Assembly (NCBI GenBank): GCA_963734535.1
Contig: CAVTHS010000008.1
Span: 320,001-384,000 of the forward strand
Origin: an uncultured Chloroflexia bacterium
GTDB taxonomy: Bacteria; Chloroflexota; Limnocylindria; Limnocylindrales; CSP1-4
DNA length: 64,000 nucleotides
Direction: 5' to 3'
The notes below the pieces were generated by a model, which saw only the letters and a list, made by a program, of their open reading frames with translations, made no database searches and was not told where the DNA came from. Both the position numbers and the translations under genes were made by a program. The first letter of the stretch is position 1. The number at the start of each line of letters is the position of its first letter. Shown here piece after piece: positions 11,063-21,816 of this stretch.

Positions 11063-13490
11063 ATGTTCCAGCGCTGGGGCGCGTTCGTCTACCGACACCG
11101 CCGAATCGTCGCCCTCGCCGCCCTCGTCGTGGCCCTGGTGGCCCTTCCGTTCGCCAGCCGCGCCTCGGGCAAGCTCAGCTCGGGTGGCTGGCTGGATCCG
11201 CTCTCCGAGTCGTCCCAGGTCGACACGCGCCTCGCGGCGCAGTTCGGCGGCGGCAAGAGCAGCCTCGTCGCGCTCTTCGCCCGGACCGAGCCCGGCGCCG
11301 ACGCGACGTCGGCGGAGTTCCAGGCGGCGATCGCGTCGGCGACCGCGGCGCTCCGCGCGGATCCGAACGTCACCGGGATCGTGGGCTACGCGGAGACCGG
11401 GGACCGGCGCTTCATCAGCACGAAGGGCGACGCGGCGTACATCGTGATCAACCTCGCGGTGACCGACGAGGAATCGGTGCCGCTCTATCCCGCCCTGCGC
11501 GCGACGCTCGCCGCACCGGCCGGCTACACGGTCAACGTCTCCGGCTACGCACCGTTCACGATCGACACCGCGAAGCAGGCCGACGAGGATCTCGTGCGCG
11601 CCGAGCTGGTCAGCCTGCCGGTCGTGGCGGTGGTGCTCCTCCTCGTCTTCACGTCCGCGATCGCGGCCGGCATGCCGCTGCTCGTGGCCGGCCTCGCGAT
11701 CCCGACGTCGCTCGGGCTCGTCTACTGGGTCGCCCAGCTGACGACGATGAGCGTCTTCGTCCTCAACATCGCGTCGATGCTGGGCCTGGCCCTCGCCATC
11801 GACTACTCGCTCTTCATCACCAGCCGCTTCCGCGAGGAGCTGGCGCACGGGCGGGAGGTCGGCGACGCCGTCGCCCGCGCGGTGGCGACGAGCGGCAAGG
11901 CGGTCATGTTCTCGGGCATCGCGGTCGCGATCGGGCTGTCGGGCCTGATGGTCTTCCCGTTCGCGACGATCCGCTCGATCGGGCTCGGAAGCGCGCTCGT
12001 CGTCGGGTGCTCGGTCTTCTTCGCGCTCACCTTCCTGCCCGCCGTCCTCGCCATGCTGGGGCACCGCGTGAATCGCCTGAGCCTGGCCGGCCTGCGACAC
12101 CGGCTGCGCGGCGAGCGCGGGCCGATCGCCGAGACGGAGGTGGTCCTGGAGGTCACCGATCCCGACCACCCGAGTCGCTGGGGGCGCGTGGCACGCCGCG
12201 TGATGGCCCACCCATGGCGCGTCCTCGTCCCGATCGTGATCGTGCTGCTCGTGCTGGGAACGCCGTTCCTGCGCATGGAGCAGGGCGTGCCCGGCGCGGA
12301 GGTCCTGCCCGTGGGCCTCGAGAGCCGCGACACGTTCATCGCGCTCCAGGCGGACTTCGCGCCCGGTGAGACGACCCCGATGACCATCCTCGCCGACCTG
12401 TCCGCGGCGCCGACGAGCCCGGCCGGGATCGCCGCTCTGCAGGCGTACGCGAGCCCGCCTCGCCGCGCTCGACGGCGTCTCGCGGGTCGAGAGCTTCTTC
12501 ACGATCGTCGACCCGCGGACCGGCACGACCGTCCCGCCCGCGCAGGTCCAGGCGCTCTTCTCGCTGCCGGCCGCCCAGCGCCCGGCGGGCGTCGACACGT
12601 TGCTGGCGCGCTACGTCTCGGGGAACACGGTGCGCATCGACGCCATCAGCCCGTACGTGGCCTCGCGCCCGGAGGCGACGTCCCTCGTCCCGCGCGTGCG
12701 CGCGTTGCCCGTCGACGCGCCCATCACGGAGACGGCCCTCGGCGGGACGGCCGCGCTCGGCTCGGACTTCCTGGCCGGCCAGGCCGACCGACTCCCGTTC
12801 GCGGTCGGCTGGACGATGCTGGCCACCGCGCTGATCCTGTTCCTGCTCTTCGGATCGGCCGTGATTCCGCTCAAGGCCGTCGTCATGACGCTCCTCTCGG
12901 CGACCGCGAGCTTCGGCGCCCTCGTCTGGATCTTCCAGGACGGCAACCTGTCCGACGTGCTGGCCTTCCATCCTCCCGGCTTCACCGTGGCCGGGATCCC
13001 GATCATCATGTTCTGCGTCATCTTCGGGCTGTCGATGGACTACGAGGTGCTCCTCCTCTCCCGGATCCAGGAGGCGTGGCGCCGCACGGGCGACAACGCC
13101 GCCTCCGTCATCGAGGGGGTGGTCCGCACGGCCCGGGTCATCACGGGCGCCGCCCTGATCATGGTCAGCGTCTTCTTCGCCTTCGTGCTCGCCGACGAGG
13201 TGACCATCAAGTCCATCGGCGTGGGCATGGCGATCGCTGTCGCGATCGACGCGAGCATCGTGCGCGTGATGCTCGTGCCCGCGGTGATGCGGCTGCTCGG
13301 CCGCTGGAACTGGTGGGCACCCGGTCCGCTCAGCCGGGTCGCGGACCGGGTGGGCTTCTCGCACGTGGATGCCGACGAGCCCGGCCGGATCGCCTCACCC
13401 GGCGGCGAGGCGCCCCTGGCGGGCGTGCCTGGCCCGGACGGCCCGATCGCCGGCGGCGACGGCGCCACGGTCGGCACCGGGCTGCGCTAG
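11063..13490 (+). CDS. MMPL-family transporter (frameshift near 12450)
   Basis: Two repeats: GLALAIDYSLFITSRFREE and FGLSMDYEVLLLSRIQE; C-terminal MRLLGRWNWWAP. Confidence 0.9.
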
Positions 13491-13499
13491 GCTGCCGGC

Positions 13500-14186
13500 G
13501 TGACCGGGTTCCGCTCCTCCGACGACGACCTCGACGAGCGCCTCCGCGCTCTCAAGGGTGAGGTCATCGACGGCCCGGTGTCTCCCGGCGGAGATCGCTC
13601 GGGCGCGGCGGGCACACCCGGAGGGGCGACGGGCCGTCCGGGGAGCGCGAGACGACCGGGAGCCGCCGCCCGCGCCGTCGGCTGGTCGCTGGGACAGGCG
13701 GAAGCCGGGCGGCTGGGTCTCTGGCTCGGCGTTGGGCTCCTGGCGATCGGCACCTACCTCGTCCTCGAGCAGTTCGTCCCCGCGGTGCGAATCCTCGGCT
13801 CGCTCGCGCTGGCGCTCGCCGGCGGGGTCCTGCTGGCGTGGGTCGCGACCGGGCGGGCCGGCGCGTGGGCCCTCAACGTCGGGGCGATCCTGTCCGGCTA
13901 CGGCGCATTCCGGTTCGTGGCCGAGGTCGCGGGCCTGCAGACTGTCGGGTGGGGCACGCTCGGCGCCGGGCTCGGCCTGCTCGTGCTGGCGGCCCTCCGG
14001 ATGCGGCGCGGGGGCCGCGTCGGGTGGCAGGCCTGGGTTGGCGCGTTCTTCGTCGTCTGGGGCGGGTGGGGCGCGGTCGGCAGCGTGATCCCCGGCTTCC
14101 CCTCGCTGGGCGACCTGCTCGTGCCGGGGCTCGTGGTGTTGGCCGGGGTCGTCATCCTGCGCCGGGGGATTGCACCCCGCCGCTGA
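13500..14186 (+). CDS. Hypothetical membrane protein
   Basis: About 6 hydrophobic segments; immediately downstream of MMPL. Confidence 0.65.
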   Translation: MTGFRSSDDDLDERLRALKGEVIDGPVSPGGDRSGAAGTPGGATGRPGSARRPGAAARAVGWSLGQAEAGRLGLWLGVGLLAIGTYLVLEQFVPAVRILGSLALALAGGVLLAWVATGRAGAWALNVGAILSGYGAFRFVAEVAGLQTVGWGTLGAGLGLLVLAALRMRRGGRVGWQAWVGAFFVVWGGWGAVGSVIPGFPSLGDLLVPGLVVLAGVVILRRGIAPRR

Positions 14187-14249
14187 GCCGCAGCGGGTGA
14201 GCTTCCGGCCGGACCCGGCCCACGAGGGGCCATCCCGAGCCCAGCCGGT

Positions 14250-15593
14250 TCAGCCTGCCGCGGCCATCGCCGTTGCCGCAGTCACGGCACCGGCAATCCC
14301 GTCGGCGATCCCGACCAGCTCGTCGTCGGTGACCACGAATGGCGGACCGAGGAGGATCAGGTCGCCGTCGACGCCGTTCGCGTTGCCCGTGCCGGAGTAG
14401 ACCAGCACCCCACGCTCGCGGGCCGCGAGGACGATCGCCTCGGTCCGTCGCTCGGCGCGCGGGAACGGCGCCCGAGTCGCGCGATCGGCCACGATCTCGA
14501 GGCCGACCATGAGGCCGCGACCCCGGATCTCGCCGACGTGTGGGTGGTCGGCGAGTCGCTCGCCGAGGAGCGTGAGCAGCCGCTCGCCCTTCGTCGCGGA
14601 GGCCGCCACGAGGTCCTCGTCTCGCAGGATCCGCAGGACCTCGCGGGCCACGGCGGCACCCGTGATCGAGTGGCTGAAGGTGAAGCCGTGGACGAAGCCG
14701 CTTGCCGCGATCGTCTCGAACACCGGACCGGCCGCGGCGACGAACCCGAACGGCCAGTAGCCCGAGGTGGCGCCCTTGGCGGCCACCAGCAGGTCTGGCC
14801 GGATGCCCCAGTGGTCGACCGCGAACCAGCGCCCGGTGCGGCCGAACCCCGTCATCACCTCGTCGACGACGAGGAGCACGCCGTGGCGGCGGCAGACATC
14901 GGCGATCGCCGGCCAGTAGCCGTCGGGCGGCACGACCGCACCGAGCGTTGCCCCGACGATCGGTTCGGCCACGAACGCGGCGACCGTGCCGGGACCCGCG
15001 GCGAGGATCATCCGTTCCAGCTCGGCGGCCAGCTCCGCCACGTCGCCCAGCGCGTTCGAGCGCGGCTCCCCGGCTCGGTACGGGTACGCGGACGAGACGT
15101 GCCGGAAGCGACCAAGCCACGCCTCGTACGGCCGTCGCAACGGCTGGCGGCCGGACAGGTCCAGCGCCCCGAGGGAGTTGCCGTGGTAGCTCCCCCACCG
15201 CGAGATCACGATCTGCCGGCCGGCCTCGCCGCGCGCGAGGTGATAGGCCCGGGTCATCTTGAGGGCCGTCTCGATCGCCTCGGAACCGCCCGAGACCGGG
15301 TAGATGGCGGGCGAATCGAGCGGGAGGATCGCCCCCAGCTCGGCGGCGTAGGCCTCCAGCGCGGCGCTGGTGAACGCCGTGCCGTGCGCGTAGGCGACAC
15401 GCGCCGTCTGGGCCGCCATGACGTCCGCGACGCTTCGGCGCCCGTGACCGACGTTGACGACGATCGCGCCCCCGGCCGCGTCCAGGTAGGAGCGCCCGTC
15501 GGAGGCGTGGAGCGTCGCGCCCTCGCCGCGCTCGACGATCGGGAGCCTGCGCCCGAAGACACGCGGGAAGACGCGGCCGGCCTGGTCCGGCAT
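14250..15593 (-). CDS. Class-III PLP-dependent aminotransferase
   Basis: SGGSEAIETALK, SYHGNS, VAEPIVGAT, DEVMTGFGRTG, AAKG; true start may be 15615 (TACAAT 7 nt upstream) with a frameshift. Confidence 0.92.
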   Translation of the reverse strand: MPDQAGRVFPRVFGRRLPIVERGEGATLHASDGRSYLDAAGGAIVVNVGHGRRSVADVMAAQTARVAYAHGTAFTSAALEAYAAELGAILPLDSPAIYPVSGGSEAIETALKMTRAYHLARGEAGRQIVISRWGSYHGNSLGALDLSGRQPLRRPYEAWLGRFRHVSSAYPYRAGEPRSNALGDVAELAAELERMILAAGPGTVAAFVAEPIVGATLGAVVPPDGYWPAIADVCRRHGVLLVVDEVMTGFGRTGRWFAVDHWGIRPDLLVAAKGATSGYWPFGFVAAAGPVFETIAASGFVHGFTFSHSITGAAVAREVLRILRDEDLVAASATKGERLLTLLGERLADHPHVGEIRGRGLMVGLEIVADRATRAPFPRAERRTEAIVLAARERGVLVYSGTGNANGVDGDLILLGPPFVVTDDELVGIADGIAGAVTAATAMAAAG

Positions 15594-15742
15594 CGGTGGA
15601 GCGGGGATCCGTCATGGCCGCAATTGTATGGGCGGCCGCGCGCGTCGGCGACCCGAACGGCGATCCGCGGCGGCGATCCGAACGCCGGCGACCCGCGCGA
15701 CGACCCGCAGCGCGCCCGCCTCTGCATGCCCCGAGAGGCGCG

Positions 15743-15778
15743 GCGGTCGGGCCGACCTCAGGGGGTCGGCCCGACCGC
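15743..15778 (-). terminator. 15-bp GC stem-loop downstream of the sqr operon
   Basis: GCGGTCGGGCCGACC-tcaggg-GGTCGGCCCGACCGC perfect inverted repeat. Confidence 0.65.
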
Positions 15779-15864
15779 GAGGTGCCCGGTTCGGCCGGAA
15801 GGGAGGGCCGTCCCGGACGCGTGATGTGCCTGACCCGGCGGCGGCTCGCCGCGACCGGGTCGGA

Positions 15865-17059
15865 TCAGACGCGGCCCTTCGGGACCGTGTGCCAGTACGT
15901 CTTGTTGAAGATGATCTTGCCCAGGTGCCAGAGCTGGTTCGGCTTGGGCGGCTTGGGCGGGTGGTCGTAGTCGAACTGGAGGAGCGTGCCCTTCCCGTCG
16001 CCGACCTCGAAGAAGCACATCACCTTGCCGGTGTAGCTCGCGTGCTTGCCCTCGGGCTCGCGGCCCATCACGCCGCGCGCTCACGCGCTCAGCGACGATC
16101 GGAGCCTCGAAGTGGGCGGTGGAGCCGGCCTTCGAGAGTGGCAGGTCGGTGGCGTCGCCGAGGGCGTAGATGTTCGGGTAGCGCGGGATGTCCGCATCGG
16201 GCGTGTTCGACGCCACCAGGTGCTTGACCTGGAGCGTGTTCCGATCGGTCGGGAGCCAGCCCGACTTCGGGGCGAGCCCCGAGTCGGTGACGACCTGGGC
16301 GCCCTTGTGGGGCGGCACGCAGATCAGGAGGTCGTACGGGTACTCCTCCATCGCGTCGGTGATCACGACCTTGCGCTCGGCATCGATCGAGTCAACGCCG
16401 GCGAGGAGCTGCAGGTCGATCCCCTTCTCCGCGAAGATCGGGGTCGCCATGTCGCTCACGCTCTCGATGGTGAACGCACGGTTGATCGGCGAGAGGAAGG
16501 TCAGCTCGGTCTTCTCGCGCAGGCCCCGCGCCCGGAGCTCGGCCTCGATGAGGAAGGCGACCTCGAGAGGCGCCGGCGGGCACTTGTAGGGGATGCCCGC
16601 GATCCCGATCACGAGCTTGCCGCCCGTGAAGGCATCCAGCGCCTTCCGCAGCCGGGCCGAGGCCTCGGCCGTGTAGAAGTGATACGCCTCCGTCTCGAAG
16701 TCCTTGATCGCCTCTGGGAGGATCCGCGAGCCGGTCGCGATGACGAGCTGATCGAAGTGGATCTTCTCGCCCGACGCCAGCTCCACGAGCGAGGTCTCCG
16801 GGTCGATCCGGACGACGGTGTCGACGACCAGGTCGACGTTGTCGTCGAGCAGCGACCGCTCCGGCCGGTGCAGCTTCTCGGGCCGCTCGTTGCCCATCGC
16901 GATGTACATGTAGCCGGGCTGGTAGGCGTGCTGCCCGGTCTCGTCGACGACCGTGACCTTCGCGTCGCCCGCGGCGATCAGGCGCTTGAGCTTTCGGGCG
17001 ACCAGGTTGGCGGTGAGGGTTCCGCCCACCCCGCCGCCCAGGATGACGACGCGCTGCAC
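15865..17059 (-). CDS. sqr: Sulfide:quinone oxidoreductase-like flavoprotein (type III-like; frameshift near 16080)
   Basis: GGGVGG FAD motif, HAYQPG, YKCPPAPLE, GDATDLPLSKAG, YTGKVMC, amphipathic C-terminal HLGKIIFNKTYW. Confidence 0.82.
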
Positions 17060-17064
17060 GCTGC

Positions 17065-17301
17065 CTACCGAGCCTTCGTGACGACGATCTCGTCGAAGCC
17101 GTCCTTCGACTCGACGCTCACGAGCGTGTGGCCGGCCTTCTCGATCCACTTCGGGATGTCGATCTTGCTGCCCTTGTCGGCCGACCAGACGGCGATCGTG
17201 TCGCCGACGTCGGACTCCTTGATCGCGCGGATGAGCTCCATGAGCGGACCCGGGCAGAAGCTGCCGCGGGCGTCGACGGTTCGGGTGATGGTCGCAGCCA
17301 T
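17065..17301 (-). CDS. tusA: TusA-family sulfur carrier
   Basis: VDARGSFCPGP motif, 78 aa. Confidence 0.9.
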   Translation of the reverse strand: MAATITRTVDARGSFCPGPLMELIRAIKESDVGDTIAVWSADKGSKIDIPKWIEKAGHTLVSVESKDGFDEIVVTKAR

Positions 17302-17390
17302 GCTGAAATCCGTTCCTTCCATGCAGACGATGCGGGTGCGCGGGAGCAGGATGGGGCGCGGCCGTGCCCGTGCCGCGCCCCGGGGTGAGG

Positions 17391-17951
17391 TCAGATGAAG
17401 AGCGGAGCGCTGCCCTCGCTCATGAGGGCGATCACCGTCGCGGCGCCGACCGGCTCGCCCATGCCATCGAGCATGTCCTCGCGCTTGAGGCCGAACATGT
17501 CCATGGTCATCTGGCAGGGCATGAACTCGACGCCCATCTCCATGGCAAGCTCGAGCAGCTCCTTCGGGCTGGCGACCTTGTACTGCTTCGCGAGCTTGCC
17601 CATCATCCAGGGCCCCATGCCCAGGAAGTTCATCTTCGACAGCTTGCGATGCGAGACGCCCGGGCGCTGCATGAAGGACATCATCTTCTGCATCACGTTG
17701 TCGCCCGTGATGCGCTTCTGGTCCTTGACGAACGTCTGGAGGCCCCAGAACGTGAGGAAGACGCGGACCTTGGCGCCCATCGCGGCGCCGGTCGTGGCCA
17801 GGATCATCGTGGCCCAGGTCTTCTCGAGCTCGCCGCTGTAGCAGATGATGAGGATGTCGTGCGGCGTGGCCTCGTGCTCGTGAGCGGGCACGGCGGGCGC
17901 CGTCATCGGCGCCTCGACGATCGGCATGGCCGGCTCGGCAACTGCGGTCAT
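17391..17951 (-). CDS. DsrE2-like (DsrE/DrsH family) sulfurtransferase
   Basis: FLTFWGL, LSKMNFLGMG, PCQMTMDMFG. Confidence 0.88.
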   Translation of the reverse strand: MTAVAEPAMPIVEAPMTAPAVPAHEHEATPHDILIICYSGELEKTWATMILATTGAAMGAKVRVFLTFWGLQTFVKDQKRITGDNVMQKMMSFMQRPGVSHRKLSKMNFLGMGPWMMGKLAKQYKVASPKELLELAMEMGVEFMPCQMTMDMFGLKREDMLDGMGEPVGAATVIALMSEGSAPLFI

Positions 17952-17962
17952 CGGGTCGTCCC

Positions 17963-18196
17963 TCACTTCCGGCGGAGGACGAAGCGATAGACGCCGCCCT
18001 CGACGCTGCTCTCGACGAGCTCGTTGCCCGTCGTCTTGCACCAGGCGGCGAAGTCCTTCGTGGAGCCCGCGTCCGTGGCGAGCACCTCGAGGAGCTGGCC
18101 GCTGACCAGCCCCTTGACGGCCTGGGCCGTCTTGACGATCGGCATCGGGCACGAGAGGCCCTTTGCGTCGACGCGCTGTGCGATCTCGAGAGGCAT
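17963..18196 (-). CDS. tusA: TusA-family sulfur carrier (second copy)
   Basis: VDAKGLSCPMP, DFAAWCKTTGNEL. Confidence 0.9.
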   Translation of the reverse strand: MPLEIAQRVDAKGLSCPMPIVKTAQAVKGLVSGQLLEVLATDAGSTKDFAAWCKTTGNELVESSVEGGVYRFVLRRK

Positions 18197-18255
18197 TCCT
18201 GAACCCTTCCTGTACGTCGGCGGCCGGGCCGCTGCCCGCCGCGCCGGTGGTCCGA

Positions 18256-18669
18256 CTAGATGAAGACGATGTGGCCGTCGCCGGCGTTGATGTAGAAGGC
18301 GGTCACGCCCTCGACCCCGTCCACGAGCGGATCGAGGTCGTCCTCCTCGATCTTGAGGACGTCCATCGAGAGCGAGCAGGCCTGGATGTCGACCTCGCCG
18401 AGCTCCTTCGCCTGGCGCAGGGTCTCGTGCCACGGGGCCTGGCCCGCGACCGCGGCGGCGGCGACCAGGGCCGCTCCCGCCTCGCCGGCCTCCGCGGAGA
18501 GGCCGCGTCCCAGCGCGATCCGGTCCTTGCGGAACGCATCGAGCGCCCAGTACTGCAGGAAGATGTTGACCCGGCGACCGAGCGCTGCCGCGCCGGCGGT
18601 CATCACCGCGGCTGCCTGGAGCTTGTCGTCGGTGCCCGAGAAGAGCACCAGGTTGATCGGTTCGTCCAT
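18256..18669 (-). CDS. DsrE-family protein
   Basis: LVLFSGTDDKL, FLQYWAL, QACSLSMD. Confidence 0.82.
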   Translation of the reverse strand: MDEPINLVLFSGTDDKLQAAAVMTAGAAALGRRVNIFLQYWALDAFRKDRIALGRGLSAEAGEAGAALVAAAAVAGQAPWHETLRQAKELGEVDIQACSLSMDVLKIEEDDLDPLVDGVEGVTAFYINAGDGHIVFI

Positions 18670-18679
18670 CAGGGTCACC

Positions 18680-19045
18680 TCAGCCGGCGCCGGGCACCGA
18701 GGTGGCGGCAAGCGCACGCTCGTTGGTCGGCTGGGGCCGTTCGGAGAGCTCGCCGAGGCGGGCGAGACGGCGCATCAGGACCCCGCGCATGAGGCTGCAC
18801 GCGGCGAGGACTTCCGGATCGGTCAGCCGATACCGGACCTCCCGTCCGTCGCGTTCGGACTCCACGATCCCCGCGGCCCGCATGACTGCGAGATGCTGGG
18901 AGACGTTCGGCTGGCTGATCCCCATCTCCTCTGCAAGGCGGCCGACTTCCTTCGGCTCGTCGGCGAGGAGGTGGAGGATCTCGAGCCGGCGGGGGCTTGC
19001 GAGGATCTTCATGACCTCCGATTGGAGGCTCCAGATCGGGTCCAT
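18680..19045 (-). CDS. ArsR/SmtB-family repressor
   Basis: KILASPRRLEIL, SQPNVSQHLAVMR, RDGREVRYRL; Cys in helix 5 (AACSLM). Confidence 0.9.
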   Translation of the reverse strand: MDPIWSLQSEVMKILASPRRLEILHLLADEPKEVGRLAEEMGISQPNVSQHLAVMRAAGIVESERDGREVRYRLTDPEVLAACSLMRGVLMRRLARLGELSERPQPTNERALAATSVPGAG

Positions 19046-19063
19046 GCGCGGGATCATGTACCC

Positions 19064-19079
19064 ATGCGCATCTGCGCAT
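19064..19079. promoter_or_regulatory. Putative ArsR operator palindrome (ATGC-N8-GCAT)
   Basis: ATGCGCA-tc-TGCGCAT lies between the DosR-like box and the -10 of arsR. Confidence 0.6.
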
Positions 19080-19081
19080 AA

Positions 19082-19095
19082 GGTGCGAATGGCCC
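19082..19095 (-). promoter_or_regulatory. DosR-like box of the arsR-sqr operon (second box at 19125-19138)
   Basis: Minus-strand GGGCC-ATTC-GCACC lies 23 nt from -10 CATGAT; upstream GGGCC-GTTC-GGCAC. Confidence 0.6.
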
Positions 19096-19167
19096 ATCAC
19101 CGGGACCGGCCGGCAGGGGGTCGCGGGCCGTTCGGCACGGGTGGACCGCGGCGGCCGGGCGCGCGGC

Positions 19168-20286
19168 TCAGCAGATCCGGGGCAGCTGCTCCCCGACCAG
19201 CATGTCCACGATCCGCTCGCTCCCGACGATCGTGCGGACCGTGACCATCGCAGGGTGGTCCGCGACCACGGTGCCGATCAGGGCCGCGTCGGCCCCCTCC
19301 GGCACGGCGCGCATCGCGGCCAGGACCGGCTCCGCGAACGCGGCGGGCACGAGCGCCACGAGCTTGCCCTCGTTCGCCACGTGGAGCGGGTCGAGGCCCA
19401 GCATCTCGCAGGCGGCACGTACCGGGCCGGGGATCGGGATGGCAGGCTCGTCGAGCACCATGCCGACGCCGGAGGTCGCCGCGATCTCGTTGAGCGCCGA
19501 CGACAGTCCTCCCCGGGTCGGGTCGCGGAGGACGTGGACGTCCGGGCAGGCGCCGAGGATGGCGGCGACCAGGCCGTTGAGCGCCTGCGTGTCGGAGGCG
19601 ATCTCCACCTCGAACTCGAGGCCCTCGCGGACGCTCATGATCGCGACGCCGTGCAGGCCGATCGGGCCGGACAGGATGATCGCGTCGCCGACGGCCGCGC
19701 GATCCGCGGCGGGGGCCACGCCGTCCGGGATCAGCCCGATCCCCGCCGTGTTCACGAACAGCCGGTCAGCGGCGCCCCGCCCGACGACCTTCGTGTCACC
19801 GGTCACGATCCGCGCGCCGGCCTTCACCGCCGCGCGGGCCGCGGACGCGGTGATCGCGCGGAGCTCCTCGAACGGCAGGCCCTCCTCGATCACGTAGGCG
19901 AGCGAGATCGCGACCGGCTGGGCCCCCATCATCGCGAGGTCGTTGAGGGTGCCGTTGACGGCCAGCTCGCCGATGTCTCCGCCCGGGAACGCGAGCGGGC
20001 TCACGACGAAGGAATCGGTGGTGAACGCCAGGCGCGCGCCGGCAACCTCGACGACGGCGGCGTCGTTGAGCGGGCCGCCCGGCGCGGCGGCCGCAAGCGC
20101 GGGCCCGATCACGTCACGCATGAGCGCGGCGGACAGCTGGCCGCCCGAGCCGTGGCCCAGGATGACGCGCTGGACCTCGGGGATCGGCGCCGGGCAGGCG
20201 AGGCCGTTCGCGTCGAAGAACACGGCATCCGCGGCCGGCGTCCCTGCGGACGCGACACCCGCCGGGAGGTCACGGACGCCGCTCAC
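19168..20286 (-). CDS. hypE: Hydrogenase maturation protein HypE
   Basis: [37 protein letters not shown]-terminal LPRIC. Confidence 0.97.
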   Translation of the reverse strand: MSGVRDLPAGVASAGTPAADAVFFDANGLACPAPIPEVQRVILGHGSGGQLSAALMRDVIGPALAAAAPGGPLNDAAVVEVAGARLAFTTDSFVVSPLAFPGGDIGELAVNGTLNDLAMMGAQPVAISLAYVIEEGLPFEELRAITASAARAAVKAGARIVTGDTKVVGRGAADRLFVNTAGIGLIPDGVAPAADRAAVGDAIILSGPIGLHGVAIMSVREGLEFEVEIASDTQALNGLVAAILGACPDVHVLRDPTRGGLSSALNEIAATSGVGMVLDEPAIPIPGPVRAACEMLGLDPLHVANEGKLVALVPAAFAEPVLAAMRAVPEGADAALIGTVVADHPAMVTVRTIVGSERIVDMLVGEQLPRIC

Positions 20287-21464
20287 CGGGCCGCCTCGGT
20301 CCTGTCGGGCTCGCGCGCGGGCGCGATCGGTGCGACCTGCAGCAGCGGCATCGCCGGGGTCAGGGTCCGCAGGCCTCCCAGCCCGCGGCCCGCGGAGAAG
20401 AACGCGGCGCAGGTCCCCTCGGAGCTCACCATCGGCGCGCCGAGCGGCTTCTGCGGGTTGCACAGCGTGCCGTACGCCGTGCAGTCGAGCGGCGTCTTCT
20501 CGCCGGTCAGGATCGCACCCGCGATGCAGGCCGGGTGCTCCTGGGTGTGGATGTCGCCGACCGAGAACCGGCTCTCCGCGTCGAAACGGGCGTACTTCTC
20601 GCGCAGCCGGTAGCCGGAGGCCGGGATCTCCCCGATCCCCCGCCATTTCCGCGTGCCGATCTCGAAGACCTCGAAGATCTGCTCCTGGGCGAGCGGGACG
20701 CCGTCGCGCTTGACGGCGCGGGCGTACTGGTTCTCCACCTCGTGGCGGCCCTCCTCGAGCTGGCGGATCGCCATCAGGATGCCCTCGAGGAGGTCGAGCG
20801 GCTCGAAGCCGGTGACCACGATCGGCACGTGGTACTTCGCGGCGATCGGCTCGTACTCGGTCCAGCCCATGACGGCGCAGACGTGGCCCGCCGCCAGGAA
20901 CGACTGGACCTGGTTGGCGGGCGATTCGAGGAGCGCCACCATCGCCGGCGGCACCAGCACGTGCGAGACAAGCACGCTGAAGTTGTCGATCCCGCGGCGC
21001 GCCGCCTCGGCGACGGCCGTGGCGTTCGCCGGCGCGGTGGTCTCGAAGCCGACCGCGAAGAAGACGACCTGCTTGTCCGGGTTGGCGACCGCGACCTTCA
21101 GGGCGTCGAGCGGCGAGTACACGATCCGGACGTCCGCGCCCCGGGCCTTGAGGGCCAGCAGGTCGGTCGTGGAGCCCGGCACGCGCAGCATGTCGCCGTA
21201 GCTGGTGAAGATGACGTCCGGGCGGGCCGCGATCGCGAGCGCCTTGTCGATCTGCTCGAGCGGCGTGACGCAGACCGGGCAGCCGGGCCCGTGGATCATG
21301 CGGACGCCCGCGGGCAGCGCCTCGTCGATCCCCTGCTTGACGATCGTGTGGGTCTGGCCGCCGCACACCTCCATGAGCGTCCACGGCCGGGTCGTGATCC
21401 GGTGGATCTCGGCGATCAGCTTCCTGGCGAGGACCGGGTCGCGGTACTCGTCGAGGTACTTCAC
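20283..21464 (-). CDS. hypD: Hydrogenase maturation protein HypD
   Basis: [32 protein letters not shown]. Confidence 0.97.
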   Translation of the reverse strand: MKYLDEYRDPVLARKLIAEIHRITTRPWTLMEVCGGQTHTIVKQGIDEALPAGVRMIHGPGCPVCVTPLEQIDKALAIAARPDVIFTSYGDMLRVPGSTTDLLALKARGADVRIVYSPLDALKVAVANPDKQVVFFAVGFETTAPANATAVAEAARRGIDNFSVLVSHVLVPPAMVALLESPANQVQSFLAAGHVCAVMGWTEYEPIAAKYHVPIVVTGFEPLDLLEGILMAIRQLEEGRHEVENQYARAVKRDGVPLAQEQIFEVFEIGTRKWRGIGEIPASGYRLREKYARFDAESRFSVGDIHTQEHPACIAGAILTGEKTPLDCTAYGTLCNPQKPLGAPMVSSEGTCAAFFSAGRGLGGLRTLTPAMPLLQVAPIAPAREPDRTEAAR

Positions 21465-21811
21465 GCGGGGCCTCCGGGCGCTCCCGTCACCGGGGTCGCG
21501 AAGGCACCGGTGGTCGGCGCCCCATCGTCGGAGACCACTGCCGGCGCGTCCATCCCGGGACCCATCGTGGCCAGCTCGGCCTGGACAAGGTCGCCCATCT
21601 GGGCAAGGATCTCGAGCGTCTTGAGCGCCTCGTCCTCGTCGACCCGCGAGATCGCGAAGCCGACGTGGATGATCACGTAGTCGCCGAGCTGCACCTCGGG
21701 GATGTAGGCAAGGCAGGCGTCCTTGCGGACGCCGCCGAAGTCGACCTTGCCCATGGGCAGGCCTCCGTCGTCGCGGATCTCGACGACTCGACCGGGGATC
21801 CCGAGGCACAT
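21461..21811 (-). CDS. hypC: Hydrogenase chaperone HypC
   Basis: [19 protein letters not shown]. Confidence 0.96.
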   Translation of the reverse strand: MCLGIPGRVVEIRDDGGLPMGKVDFGGVRKDACLAYIPEVQLGDYVIIHVGFAISRVDEDEALKTLEILAQMGDLVQAELATMGPGMDAPAVVSDDGAPTTGAFATPVTGAPGGPA

Positions 21812-21816
21812 GGCTG

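Noticed and set aside
15640-15712. Short GGCGA(C/T)CCG repeats upstream of the aminotransferase as a riboswitch
   Set aside because: No recognisable riboswitch consensus, and the gene appears leaderless
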